In this document: positions 35,489-47,800 of the stretch, in pieces
Layout of the letters: each line of letters begins with the position of its first letter
Numbering within the stretch: position 1 is the first letter of the stretch
Assembly: GCA_965644315.1 (NCBI GenBank)
Contig: CBFFRQ010000080.1
Coordinates: forward strand, 248,001 to 312,000
Length of the DNA stretch: 64,000 bases
Direction of reading: 5' to 3'
Source of the DNA: Caecitellus pseudoparvulus
Taxonomy: Eukaryota; Protista; Bigyra: Bicosoecida
Translations under genes and position numbers: made by a program
Notes under the pieces: model-generated
Seen by the model: the letters and a program-made list of their open reading frames with translations, nothing else
Database searches by the model: none
What the model was told of the DNA's origin: nothing

Positions 35489-38400
35489 ATGTGGGACCCC
35501 CTGCAGAACCAGCTGCGCTCCTCAGATACCCAAGATGCTGCCAGTTCAGCTAGCTTGCCTTTTCAGCGTGCGTGCGCGCTTCACCTCTGCGTTGGCATCG
35601 TCGAGCGCAGGCCATGTAGCAGCGTTTTTAGCACGTCCCTTCCTGCCGCCGACTCCTCCCGCAGTAATGCTGCTCATTGCCAAGAGCCCTGACTTTTCTT
35701 TGCCAACCATGGTGTTCACAAAGGTAACAGAGCTCCTCCCGCTCCTTGCCTACCCCATCGTCGTCCTGGAGCAGAACGGTGAGCCCTTGACCGCGCTCGA
35801 TGTGCGGCGATGTTGCTGCCGTCAGGCAGCACCCACCGCTGCACCTCGCCGGAGCCAGCCACGCTGCACTGAAATCTGCCACCGCCCCGCAGACGTGGGG
35901 TCCCCTGATGACGTTGTGTTGGCGTGGACCCAGTACCTTCCACTCATCCTCCTGCAAGGCATGGCGCTGATTTCCGTCGCCTTGCTTCTGGCCCTCTTCG
36001 TTGTTGCCAGTGTCGTCGTGGCGGGGCTCGTGGGCTTTCGCAGCCAGGTGTCCTCCGTTTGGTACAGGCTGCTACGCATGCTAGTGCACTTCATGGCCAC
36101 CACCGGCTTTGTTCCCATCTCCACCGTGGTGTTCGAGTGGCTGGCATGCTCGCCTTTCGCTCAGCACCTCATGGGTAAAGGGCAGGAGGCCTGCTACTCT
36201 GGCGTGCACCTGGCCATGATCCTCACAATGGCTCCCCCTGCCCTGCTCTTCTTGCTCACCACCACCATGTACAGCAGCGTTGCCGTCAATCGTACCCTGC
36301 GACCTGGTGTGGCTGCTGCTCAGATCCACGGGCGTGAAGAGGTGCTGCACTTGCTGCTGTCCACAGTCCTCGTCGTCACGACCTCCATCAACGCCCTCGC
36401 GAACGTGTACTTACTCGTGACTGCTATGATCCTCCTAGGCATCCTCTGGCTTCGGGTATCAGCTTTGGAGCAGCCTAAGCAAGTGGGCTGGCTCAACGAC
36501 CTGTCTGCTGCCATTGCTGGAGGATTCTTGTGGCTGGCCCTTGTCGCCGCATCCTCAGTCATCGCACCCGACGCACCAGTGCCCTTCCTGGAGACCACGC
36601 TGGGAACAGTTATGGCTGTCGTCGTGTGTGGCTTGTCCAGTGCAATGTGGCGGCAGAATGTCTTGTCTAAGCCAGCCAGACGGGTGCGAGGTGTTACTGA
36701 GCTGCTGATCCACGCAAGGTTCCGCACCCAAGCAGCCCTCCTGCTCACCAACGCTGCGAAAGCCATCGCGACGACCTCAGACGTCCGTTCTGCTCCCCGA
36801 GCTCCGCGACTGTCACTGGCCACCTCCAGGGGCAACATCCAAGCCGACGCCCGTGAGCTGAGCGTGTCCACGACGCACGGCCCCGTTGTCAGCCTACGCC
36901 CGAGGCACGTGCGCAACGGCTCACACGATGGCGGTCAAAGCGGTGCCAGGTTGCTCCGAGTAGGAACAGCATCACGGTCGATGATCACAGACGCTGCACG
37001 CGCTCCACAGAAGCAAGGAGGCATGCCCCGCGTGGCCAGCTTTGCACAGCATGCCGGAACAGCGACCAGCATCCGTCGAGGTACTCTGGGGGCCGTCCCT
37101 GCGAAGAGCATTGCTGACCGCCGCGCCGGGCAGGGCCACTCGTACAGCTTTGGCACTGCTGTGGATGCTTCCGTGGTGGCAGACACGCATGACCACGAGG
37201 CTGTCCGCCGGGCGGCTGCCGGTGGCTTGCAGGCTGGAGGCTACGCAGTCATGGTGGCAAGCGTTTGGGCACAGCAAACCCCCACCTCTACCAGCTGTGC
37301 TGCAGCTGCTCAGCACCTCTTCACAGAAGCCAAGGAGTCCTTCTGGGCAGCAGCGAACGCACCCCATGCACCAGGCGTGGCGCACCTCGCTCACGCTATG
37401 TTCCTGCGCTTGCGACACCCGGCGATCCGAGCAGAAGTGCTGGCGCTGCAGAAGGCTCTGAGAGTGGGAAGGTGGGACACAGCTTTCTTTGTTCACCAGC
37501 GACTGCACAGCATGCAAGCGGAGTACCAGCGCAAGCGTGGTCGCGCTGTGATGTCCACTCTGGACCGCATGGCGTTTGAGCAGCTCATGCGGGAAGCAGA
37601 GCAAAGTGAGCAAGACATGCGGCAGCACACGTCCTTGCTGTGGTCCGCTGTCTCTGCCCCGGACCTCCGAGCAAGTGCCATTGAAGAGGCAGCCACAGCC
37701 ATGACCGGCCAAAAGCTTCGCTGCATGCGGCTGTACTCGCGGATGCTGTTTATGAACTCAAAGTCTACCGATGTGCTGACTTCGTACTGGAACTTCTTGA
37801 CTGATGCTCACTTGCCAGTTGGTGCGGAGCGTGTGCACAAGCGCCTGGAAGCTGAGCACGCTGCGCGGGCCTCGTCTTCAACTCCCGACAGTACCTTCAA
37901 AATGTTCGAACGGTGCTTGGACCCTCACCCTATGGGCGATGACACTGCTCAGCTTGTCCTCAGCGCAGCAGCTGACTCGTTCACGGCCGTTCGCTATGCA
38001 AATCTGCTCGCCACGGTGATGTTTGGTCAAGACCACGGCTCATTTACTGATCTGACGCTTGAGGCCTTGCTTCCTCCAGGGGTGGATGAGGCAGTTATGG
38101 GCTCTCTCAACAGCTTCCTGCGTGATGGACAAAGCGAGCTCATGGCAGGGTGTGTGTATGTCCTTCTGCAGCACCCGGGAACCCACATGCTCCTGCCTGC
38201 CTCCATGTACATTGTGGAAGCCCCACCGCACATCCAAGCTGGGCATCTTGAACCGCAGTTGGCGGTCTTCTTCAGGGCAATCGAAACCCCAGATATTCAC
38301 CAAGTGCTTTTCCTAGATGAATCTGAACTGTACGCAGTTGTGGCGGCGAGCTTTGAGTCTCACGAAGCCATGGGCACCACGCCAGAACAGGTCGCTGATG

Positions 38401-41400
38401 GTGATAGCACGATCTCAGCTGCCGCAGCGTTTCCTGACATTGACAAGTACGTGGCCGACATTGTTCGTCGGGATCCAGCGGCAGTCAGCCGAGCGCTGCG
38501 CTCTGCTGGGGATGGAGAGGCGGTGCCATTGGAAGATACAGGATACGAAGAAGGGGAGCTGCTCAACGCAAGGACATTTGTGCCGACCGTTCTCTGGAGC
38601 GGTGATTCTGAGACTGCTATCAGAGCCCAAGCTACCCTCCTTGACCTTGGGCCTTCATGTTCCAGGATGTGGTTGCTGGAGTGGACACAGAGCAGCGGGT
38701 CGGCGAAGAAGTCCACCGCTGACGCAGTCGGACTCAGCGGGGGTTCAGCCTCTGGGCCGGCGACGCCGCATTCGGGATTAGTTACTCTTCCACGTATGCA
38801 CCCTGCGCTCTCTACAGTGGCGGACTCTGACGGTGAGTCCGAGCGGCACCCCTCAGACTTCACGGGTTCCTACTTGGAGCCTGCGTACGTGACGCCAAGT
38901 CAGCCAAGTCACGTGGCATCTGTCTGTGAGCCTCAGCAGGTTCCAGCCAGTGCGCTTGGCGATGAAGGGAGGAGTGGGACCATGGAGAGTGCGTATGCGG
39001 CTGAGGGCGCTCCATCTCTGAGCATGGATGCTCGTGAGACGTCCACGGCAGCCAGTGACACAGACGGGCAGTTGGACGCGGTGCGCTCCAAGCACACCTC
39101 AGGGACTATTGGAAGCGGGACTATTCCACCACAGCCCTTCCCTGTGCAAATTTCGAAGCAAGGAGAACAGGGAGCGGTGCCAGGTGGGGATTCCAAGCAG
39201 TTCCCCAGGCCCTGGGCTCACCAACAGCCGCAGCAAGCAGGGGATGGGAGAGGCATCCCTCCTGTCGTTTCCCTTCCTGATCACCCAGGATCAAGGAGGA
39301 GAAGCACAAGTGCCAGTGACAGCTCTCCCCCCGAGATGGCCTGGCGCAGCCCCAGAGCAGACTTGAGACGTGCATCGTTGGATGCGAGCGGTGCCAGTGC
39401 CGGTCCCAGCCCAAGCAAACGTCGCAGCCGAACGTTTGATTCGCCGTCGAGTTCCACGAAGCGATCAAAGCGACGGGCTAAAATTCGCGCATCCATCTTC
39501 GCCCACACAGCCCTCTCTGCGCTGGCCGGCAAGCGCAGGCAAAATGACGCCCGCCTCTCGTCGCAAGCGCAGCATCCGGAGCTCCGGGCAGCCTTGAGGG
39601 GCGCAGAATCGATTCTTGAGGAGGCTGCTGGTAAAGGGCGGCTGCGGACTGCATCAAAGATGCAAAAGCTGTCGCTTGCCTTCTTCCTGTGCAGCGCGAT
39701 TTCAGTCTTTGTGTACATTGGCGTGCTGAACGAAGAGCTGCCGACTACGCAGGGTACTCTCACTGCCGCCAGAACAGTCTCAGGTGCTGCTGTCGTTGTG
39801 CTGGGTTCCTTCAACCTCCTCACCAACGTCTATGTGCAAACCGTATCTTCATGGGGGCTGCTCCCGCTGACTCAAGCCGAAGGCATCAACATGTTGGATG
39901 ATTTCGCACAGCAGCTCCTGGACCTCCAAACGGCTGCACGCTCCCTGGCTGAGACCACGGAGTGGACTCCACCTGTCATTCCGATCGCTGATTCAAGTGG
40001 AGAAACGTTTGCACGCATGTCTGTTCTGCAAGCCGCTGAGTTGCTGCTGTCCTTCTTCCGCCTCGCGCACCCGGCAGGGTCAAGCACCATCCAAGCCACA
40101 AGCCCAGCTCCAACCGTAGGGTATGAGGTGCTGCCAACAATGTTCGCGGCTGCGAAGGATGCCTTCAAAGCCAGTCAGGACTTTATTCAAAGCCAAGAAC
40201 AGTACTTGCTGCTTGCATGCAGTGTGACAGCAGCAGTTCTCCTGCTCCTCTACGCAGCATACATGGCGGTGTTGATTCGGCAGCTGAGCTGGATGCGGTG
40301 GCTAGCGCTCCGCGTTTGGTCAGCAGTCCCCGCGGAAGTAGCAGAAGCTGCCCGCACACGGGCACAGCTGAACTCACACAAGGGCATCAACCCTTCCACA
40401 GGAAGCTTGTCATCAGTTGATGGCTCGCGCCCAAGGACGGGGTCGCACGGAGGTGATGAGCATACCGAGACGCCACGTGCGCAGACCCCGAGCTCCACCG
40501 CCAAGTACTCTCGGTCTCGCTTAGACCGGCGCATCACTGGATTGATGCAGAAGTTGCCAAAGTCGTCCCTCCCGCTGCGCCAGCTGAAGGCCACGTGGTG
40601 GTTTGGGCTGTCTGTCTTTGCACTGTTGTGCCTCCCTGGACTTGTGCCGTTGCTCTGGATCGGCTCGCAGTACATCCAAGTGTCTGTCGCGGGTGCAGAA
40701 CTTGAGCAGCGCAGTGCCCAGGCTTTCCTGCTGCAGCGCGTACGATTCTCCACGCAGCATGTACTGCACGCGTGTCAAGGCGGGCTGGCGGCAACGTCCG
40801 ATGCCGAACTTGAAGCTGCACAGCTCAGCGTTTCGGAAGCCGCTCTGAGGCTGGGAGCTGAAGCAGACTTGTTGCTGACTGGAGGTCGCGTGCCAGAGAA
40901 CATTGAAGGTCTCCCATTTTCAGAGATTCCGTCCCTTGCGGTGGGCGGGGCAGGAGAGCACCTGTTGCTTGGCGATGTGTGCGCCCAGACTAATTTCACG
41001 AGCTCTCAGGAGTGTGACACGATTGGAGGTGGAGTCTTGCACTCAGGACTCCTGTCAACGGCACACACACTGGCGAGAGAAGGCCCCATTTTCTTCGCTA
41101 GTCTGAGAGCCGCCTTCCAAGGGAATGCGTCCGTTCTTCAGCGTTTGAACGGAGCGAACGCAAGTGTGCCCAGTGAGGATTTGTCCACCCTCATGCAAGG
41201 CTACGTCAGGGTGTACATGCTGGCCATCCCTGTGCTGCAGCCGGGCCTTCAGCTTGCTATCGAAGACCACAGCCGTGTCATGAACGAGTTCCGCGGCACC
41301 GTGGTGGCCAACGTCATCTGGGCTTCTTGTGGTGCCTTGACTCTCATGCTCTTCGTGCTTATTCTGCACACACTCCCGACGATTCGTCGATCTGAGAAGT

Positions 41401-41786
41401 CTGTCGTCGCCATCCGCTCAGCGGTGGCTACAGTGCCGCTTGCAGCAGCCTCTGCCAGCGTTGCCCTGCAGCGGCGCATGTACACAGCCGTGCAAAGTGA
41501 GCGTACAGCACTGCAACGCATGCCAGTCCAGCTCTGCCCGGCCGATACCGAGTCGGTCGAGGAAGCCCCCCTCAGCTTTGCACCCATGAGTTCGCCCCAC
41601 GGACTGAGCCCAGCCCACCACAGACCGGATGTGATTCCCCGTGCTGATTCACTGGGCTCCAGTGCGTCCATGGCGTCCATGCCACATCAGCTGACGTCTT
41701 CCACCTTGCCCCTGAGCCCGTACGAGTCTACTGGCACTGCGAGGCGCACTTTCGACCTGCCTGAGACGCACGTGGAGGAAGTGTAG
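35489..41786 (+). CDS. TmcB/TmcC-like multi-pass membrane protein with PAS domain (intron 35568-35664 and probably one more near 35779-35892)
   Basis: N-terminal TM bundle with CYSGVHL and QIHGREE, helical region YWNFLTD, PAS-like VRYANLLATVMFG...LEALLPP...SFLRDGQS, and paired C-terminal TM segments. Confidence 0.7.
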
Positions 41787-41920
41787 GTCAGCGCTTTTTG
41801 TGTAAATCCATTGCAACAGTGAGCGCAGCACGCTTTTCTTGCTCACTTGTGAACGCTTCGTATTTGTGTCCGCTTCTCGCGCAACTCATTCTGCCCTGCA
41901 GCGAAACCCCCGCCGAGTCA

Positions 41921-42283
41921 ATGCTCGAGGAAATGGACACTCTCATCACTTCTCGGCACATGGAGCAGGCCTTGGCCGCTCACCAGGCACGATTCTCTTC
42001 CGATATTTCACCTTTCGTTGAAGGCATCCTTGCCCGCGCGTTCCACCTTCGCCCTGAGACAGAAGACGAAGTATACGCAGTCATCCGCGCGGAAATTGAC
42101 GCGGCCAGCAGCCCCTCTTCTTCAAGCTCCAGCGACGAGTGGAAAGGCCAAGCTCGATGCGAAGCCATCGTCAAACAGCTGTCAGAATTCCTTGTCCTGA
42201 GTGGCAACGAAGAAAATCCGGCAGCAGCTGCTCACCAGTTTCTCTCTCGGCACCAGCGGGAGCATCACGGTGAGCCCTCATAG
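41921..42283 (+). CDS. Small hypothetical protein, possible DPY-30/RIIa-like docking helices
   Basis: ISPFVEGILARAFHLRPE and IVKQLSEFLVLSGNEENPAAAAHQFL resemble D/D motifs. An upstream intron-like segment GTGAGC(41819)...CTGCAG(41901) is present. Confidence 0.45.
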   Translation: MLEEMDTLITSRHMEQALAAHQARFSSDISPFVEGILARAFHLRPETEDEVYAVIRAEIDAASSPSSSSSSDEWKGQARCEAIVKQLSEFLVLSGNEENPAAAAHQFLSRHQREHHGEPS

Positions 42284-42658
42284 TCACTCGCTAGATGAGG
42301 GCTGAGACAGACTCCCTTCTGGACTCTGGTGATGAATAGGGGCCTGCCGCCCACGCTTCGGCAAAGTGCTGGCATGTCAGACTTGGATCGTGGAGGGCGA
42401 AACGGATTCCAACTGCGTGAGGAGCCGCCTCGGATCTAGCTACCTGTGCCCTGGCAACTAAGTTTCCCTCATGGTCTTTTTGAATTTACTCCATTGTTTT
42501 CTAGTTGCCCTTGCACAGCACTCTAGTCAGGTGTGGGACGTGCAGAGAGTGTACCCCCCGGTGCCCGAGGAAGTCGCTCACGCCGCTGAATAAAATCCAC
42601 CGCCCAAATGTTGTAAAACCAGACCTGAGATATCCAAAACTCTCTGCTGGGTGTGAGG

Positions 42659-45600
42659 ATGGCAGGCATAGCTGGGGGGGGCCTTGCGGGGGTGCTGGCT
42701 GACTTGTCCAAGGCCGGCAAGAAACGCGCTCGCCACAGCCGGAAGGCTAAGGCAAGCTCCAAGACACAGGCTAAGGCAACCCTAGCTGGAATTATCCCAC
42801 TCCAGGCATCCGCACTCCATTCCTCAGATGTTTCCGCCGTTCCCAGTCACCTTGCACTCGGGAGTAAGCCTAGAAGGTGTGCAACTGAGCGGCGTTTCTG
42901 GCGTTTCATCCGAACCTGCGACACTACTTTCCGTCCCTCCCACAGACGACTTTTGGAGCATTCAAGCTTTGACGATCTGCTGTCTTCTTTGCAGCGACAT
43001 GTTAACTCCGTCACCGCTACTTCCGTTGCCACAAGGAAGGCGGCCTTGCAGCAGCTCCACGACACCCTGTTTGCTGGCGTGCCAACGGCTGGCGCTGGCA
43101 GCGCTGACGACCCATACCTGACAGCTGCCGCAGAAGAAGACAAGGCTTTCTCCCCAAGCAGTATCACAGCAGCATCTGCGGTTCTACCTTCGGCTGCTGC
43201 AGCCGCCACACTTGCTGTGGAGCAGTCTGAAGCTCCTGCGGCAGGCCTTCCTGCGTTCCAGCCAGGCGACGACAGTGACGACGAAGAGTCCGCGCCTCCA
43301 GCCGCCCCCAGCGAAGCAAAGCAAGGTTCAGACACAGGCACGACCAGGAGTGAGCTGCTGAGGGGCATGCTGGACGTCCTACTCAAGCCCCTGCTGACGA
43401 GGGTGGATGACCCATCGGAGCCCTGCCGGGAGTACGCCCTGGCCATGCTGGCAAGACTCTGCCGCTATGTTGTGGACGTCCAGGGTTTTCTGAGGCTTGT
43501 GTTCCCAGTCCTCATGGAGCGCCTGCCTCAGACCTGGTCCTACGACATGCAGCACAACATGTTCATTCAGGACAGCGAAGCACACGCCGCGTTCATGCGA
43601 GGGCGGGTGGTGGACGATGCCAAGGGTTTGGGCGTCATCGAACCCTCCGAGGAGTGTCGAGCTCTATTGTGCGGAGTGTTCTCTGCCATTGTGGACAGGT
43701 GCCGAGCTGTGGGGGCCATCCATCTGCTGGATGGCTTCGGCCACCCGCTGATGCTTGCAGTGGCGGTGCTGCTATCAGACCCCTTCCCAGACTTGCGGGT
43801 GGAGGCCTGCTCCTTGCTCGTGGCGCTGTGCAACACCCTCCCGCATGTTGTAAAGGTGTTCGCGGTGGGGTTTGCCAAGATCTCTGCGCAGCTGCTCCGC
43901 CACCGCTACGCCAGGGTGCGCCTCGCAGGCCTGGACGCTCTGCAGGCTGCGGTGTCCGTGCCCAAGCCTGAGAAGCGCAAGGGTGCTGGCACGGAGGCCA
44001 TTGCCGAGCTTGTGGGCTTTCGAGAGGAAAATGTCGTGCCCATCAAGGCATTCTATGGCAAGGAGGTCAGGCACAACTATTTCGCGTCCTTGGCCGTGGA
44101 TGGGAACGTGCTTGTGCGGGCCAGGTTCGTGCGCATGCTGGGAGAGTGGCTGTGGTCCCTGCCCGACCGCTGGGACCACGAGTCCCGACTGCTGCCCTAC
44201 CTCCTGTCAGCTCTTGGAGACAGCTCAGTTGAGATTTCTAAAGCGGCTTTCGCCTGGCTGGAGAATCTGGGAGCCAGGTACGAACAGGAGAAGGCATCAG
44301 ACCTTCTGGACGAGCGGCAGCTGGGCATCGATGGCGACGCCCGAATCGACTACGACAAACCCCTGCCTCTGCCTTTCTCTCGGGGGCGCCCTCGTGTCGG
44401 CCTTCGCCTGGTTGTGCGCAACAACTGCCGGCGGTTCTTCAAGCCCATCCTGGCCGATTTGGGGGACTGGAAAGGGGACACTCGCCGGGCAGCTGCGGGA
44501 TTGCTCGTGACCGTGTTGGTTTTCCTGGAAGAAATGGTCACCCAAGACACTGTCGCTTTGCTCAAAGTCCTGTGCAAGACCGCAGACGATGCTGAGTTTG
44601 GTGACCTGGCCCGCACAGCTGCGCGGCTGTCAGGCCGTTTCGTCGCACCAGCTTCGTACTTGCCTCTCATCCTGCCCTTGCTGCAAGATGGAAGCACGGC
44701 GGCGCAGGTCCGCCGATCCTCCGCGCCTGGCGCTGAGGTCGTCGGTGTGCTGCTGCGGGTACTTGCCCTGCTGGTGTCCGAAAGTCGCCCCTCACAAGTC
44801 CTGCCCCATGTTGGCGCGATTGTGAAGGCGCTGTCCAGCGAACGTGTGATCCAGGCACTCTCGAGCGACAAAAGACCTGCCTCCGCTCGTGTGGGGCTCC
44901 AACCTGGCTCAGCGCCCCTCGCCGCAGCCGACGTTCACAGACTGTCGCACCAGGAAGCGGCTGCCGCTGCCTCCGACACACAGCACCCTTTTCCAGACAC
45001 CTTTGGCAAGTACTGGGAAGCTCTCACTGGGAGTGCTGAGCAGCTTTTGCCACGTTTTGGTCGGGGTCATGCGGCAGGCAGCGAGACGGAGGGGCTGGCC
45101 AGCTTGCACATGGCGCAAGATGACATGCTCGTTCCGCTTGCCCTGCCTGCCTCTCCCTACGATGCAGGAGTAGAGTCCCGAAGTGTGCGCTGCCATTTTG
45201 TGGCTTGTCTAGCGGCGGTCACTTCAGTGCTGCAGGGGCGCCTGGGCGCCTTTGCGGGAGCTGCCTTCGATGCAACGGGGAGACTTGGTGACGGCCAGAC
45301 CGTCGCGAACTCGATGGTGCAGCTGTGGACCTTGGTGCTGGGTTTGGAGGCACGGTACAGCGCTGGCGTTCCTGAACACAAACGACTCCTGAGCCGCATT
45401 GCTCAGACTTGCTTGTTGTCCTTCGTGAACAGCAATGATGGTGCGGGGCACCGCATCGTGGTGTCGGGGGACGGATCTGCACTCCCAACAGAAAGCACAG
45501 CGAGCGAAGAAGGGAGCGGTGCGTTTACTTGTGTGGCACCCCTGATCAAGTCCAGGGCAAGTGCCTTGCTGTCAAGCGCCTTGTCCACGTACCCCTGTGG

Positions 45601-46549
45601 CCTGGCGTGGCGGGCAGGCTGCCCAGAGCACGTGGTACTTACGTTTGTTCTGCAGAACCTTGACAAGGCAGCCACGTGCTGCGAAGCTGCTCGTGTTTTG
45701 GACATTGCCGGACGCCTTGTTCAGGAAGTGGCAGTGCCCATGGCAGAGCGTGAAATCGCGACCTCCACGCAGCGCGCAGCGCGGGATGCAGCCTTATCCA
45801 GTGCGCTGGCCGAGGCAGCACAGCTCGTGTCCCTCTGTGTCCCACTGCTTCGCGAGCCACTGAGCTTTGACGCCGCACTTTCGATGCTAGATGCCACACC
45901 TGCCCCTGGCCATACCTGCGTGTGGCTCAGCCTGCCCTCCACATTGGCACCCTGGCTCAAGGCAGCAAAGTTGTTGTTGCCAGCTGTGCAATGCTCCACT
46001 GTGGAAGATGCAGGGGCTGTGCAAGTGCTCGGCTTGTTCAGCGGTATCCTGAGTCCTGCTTGGCAGGGAGCAGTAAGTGCCGAGTGCAAGGCTTCACTGT
46101 GCGAGTGTATCGGCGAGATGCTCGGCTCTCTGCCAGCCACGGAGGTCGAGCTCCCTGCAGTTGAACATAGCGTCGGTCTCCTCATGCATGCGAGCGTTGC
46201 CGACGCAAGCGAAGAAGTCGCCATGCACGCGTCCCAGGCCCTAGCGACTGCGCTTGCGAATCGCCCGCATCTGTGCAAGGAGCACTCCGCCAAGGCGTGG
46301 CTGGGCAGCCTGCTAGCGGCTTTGTACGAGCACAACTCTGTGGGGTCTGCTGAAAGTGAGCTAGCACAGTGCCAGCTTGCCACTGCATACGCCATCGTTG
46401 CGGTGCAGCCCACTGCCCTGGAGGCGCCCACGCCAGAACTAGCAGAGGAAGTCGTTGCAACTGGACGCACACAAGAAGGGCATGAAGATTGGATTGGAGT
46501 GCTGCAGGGGCATGCCGCCATGCTCCAGCACTTGGCCAAAGGAGACTGA
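42659..46549 (+). CDS. DNAAF5: Dynein axonemal assembly factor 5 (HEATR2) HEAT-repeat protein
   Basis: LLKPLLTRVDDPSEPCRE, EPSEECR, LPDRWDHESRLLPYLLSALGD, RPRVGLR, DLGDWKGDTR. Confidence 0.8.
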   Translation: MAGIAGGGLAGVLADLSKAGKKRARHSRKAKASSKTQAKATLAGIIPLQASALHSSDVSAVPSHLALGSKPRRCATERRFWRFIRTCDTTFRPSHRRLLEHSSFDDLLSSLQRHVNSVTATSVATRKAALQQLHDTLFAGVPTAGAGSADDPYLTAAAEEDKAFSPSSITAASAVLPSAAAAATLAVEQSEAPAAGLPAFQPGDDSDDEESAPPAAPSEAKQGSDTGTTRSELLRGMLDVLLKPLLTRVDDPSEPCREYALAMLARLCRYVVDVQGFLRLVFPVLMERLPQTWSYDMQHNMFIQDSEAHAAFMRGRVVDDAKGLGVIEPSEECRALLCGVFSAIVDRCRAVGAIHLLDGFGHPLMLAVAVLLSDPFPDLRVEACSLLVALCNTLPHVVKVFAVGFAKISAQLLRHRYARVRLAGLDALQAAVSVPKPEKRKGAGTEAIAELVGFREENVVPIKAFYGKEVRHNYFASLAVDGNVLVRARFVRMLGEWLWSLPDRWDHESRLLPYLLSALGDSSVEISKAAFAWLENLGARYEQEKASDLLDERQLGIDGDARIDYDKPLPLPFSRGRPRVGLRLVVRNNCRRFFKPILADLGDWKGDTRRAAAGLLVTVLVFLEEMVTQDTVALLKVLCKTADDAEFGDLARTAARLSGRFVAPASYLPLILPLLQDGSTAAQVRRSSAPGAEVVGVLLRVLALLVSESRPSQVLPHVGAIVKALSSERVIQALSSDKRPASARVGLQPGSAPLAAADVHRLSHQEAAAAASDTQHPFPDTFGKYWEALTGSAEQLLPRFGRGHAAGSETEGLASLHMAQDDMLVPLALPASPYDAGVESRSVRCHFVACLAAVTSVLQGRLGAFAGAAFDATGRLGDGQTVANSMVQLWTLVLGLEARYSAGVPEHKRLLSRIAQTCLLSFVNSNDGAGHRIVVSGDGSALPTESTASEEGSGAFTCVAPLIKSRASALLSSALSTYPCGLAWRAGCPEHVVLTFVLQNLDKAATCCEAARVLDIAGRLVQEVAVPMAEREIATSTQRAARDAALSSALAEAAQLVSLCVPLLREPLSFDAALSMLDATPAPGHTCVWLSLPSTLAPWLKAAKLLLPAVQCSTVEDAGAVQVLGLFSGILSPAWQGAVSAECKASLCECIGEMLGSLPATEVELPAVEHSVGLLMHASVADASEEVAMHASQALATALANRPHLCKEHSAKAWLGSLLAALYEHNSVGSAESELAQCQLATAYAIVAVQPTALEAPTPELAEEVVATGRTQEGHEDWIGVLQGHAAMLQHLAKGD

Positions 46550-46550
46550 C

Positions 46551-47738
46551 TTACGATCCATGAACCTTCACGATCAGTTTGCCCATGTTTGCGTTGGACT
46601 CCATCACATCGTGGGCAGCCTGCACCTTGTCGAGTCCGTCGAACACGGTGTCTACGACGAGGGAGAACGCCCCACTTTTGAAGTTCCCCAGCAGCGGTGT
46701 CAGTCCAGCGACCAAGTTCGCCTTGTATGCCTGGCTGCGGGCTCGCAGCGTCGTAGCCTGCAGGCGGATGCGCTTGCGCATGAGGTGGGCCAGCACGGGT
46801 CCTTCGGGTGATGGGCCGCCGAGGAGCCCGTACAGCACCCAGCGCCCTTCAACTGCGATGGCAGCCGCATTCGCATCCCAGAGGGACCCTCCCACGCAGT
46901 CAAGAATGATGTCTACACCCTTCCCACCCGTTGCTTCCTTGACACCATCCGCGTAGGAGCCTTCCTTGTAGTTGAAGCCAGCGATTGCCCCCAACGCAGC
47001 AGCGTTGTCCAGCTTCGCCGCAGAGCCTGCCACTGCAATAGGCTTTGCCCCTGCTGCCACAGCTAGTTGGATCGCGGCTGTCCCCACGCCAGAGCCAGCT
47101 GCCAAGACCAACACCGCGTCGCCAGCCTGCACCTCAGCAATGGTGTGCAGCAGCTGGAACGCTGTCAGCCACGTTTCCGGGACACCCCCCGCAGAAACGA
47201 TGTCCATGCCCTCAGGGACTGGCATGACTTGATCCGCGCCCACTGTGACGTACTCCGCATAGCCCCCTGCGCGAAGTGGGGATTGGCGGGGTGTGGGCCT
47301 GCGGAATTTGAGCCAGCATCACTTGCAGCACTCACCGCCTGAGAGCAAGGCCATGACTTGCGAGCCGATAGGTGGCAGTGCTGAAGCATCCACACTCTTT
47401 CCGTGGCCCACGACGGTCCCTGCAGCCTCCAGGCCCAAGATGTCCGTGACTCCTGGTGGGGGCGGGACCTTGCCCTTCCGCTGAAGCGTGTCTGCGCGGT
47501 TGATCGCGGTGCTGGACACCTTGACGAGCACTTGGCCCTCCTCAGGCACAGGCACTGGTCGCTCCACCTTGACAGCCTTGCCTTCCTCTGCAATGATGCA
47601 CTGCATGCTCGACGGCACGTCGGAACTGGCTGCCATGATGGACCCGTCTGGCAGCACCTGCTGGAGCGGAGCTTGTGCGGCTGTGCAGGCCGCAAAGAGC
47701 ACAAGGAAGATCAACAGGACTAATCGCACGGGTGCCAT
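46551..47738 (-). CDS. PIG3-type NADPH:quinone oxidoreductase (MDR family) with N-terminal signal-like peptide (intron 47267-47335)
   Basis: [37 protein letters not shown] (spliced), [37 protein letters not shown]. Confidence 0.9.
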
Positions 47739-47800
47739 GGTTGTTGAAATTTATTGGGTCGTCTGCATTTGCTCCTGCGCTTCAGGATCCCGCCCGCTGC

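Noticed and set aside
42284-42658. Intergenic stretch examined for RNase P/MRP or snRNA motifs (GAGGAAGTC, GGGAAAC)
   Set aside because: No complementary P4 partner strand or Sm site could be found.
32351-46549. Somewhat lower GC and weaker codon bias, suggesting a foreign island
   Set aside because: The genes carry host-type introns and the same 3' and upstream motifs, with no integrase, terminal repeats or viral genes. Lower expression is the simpler explanation.
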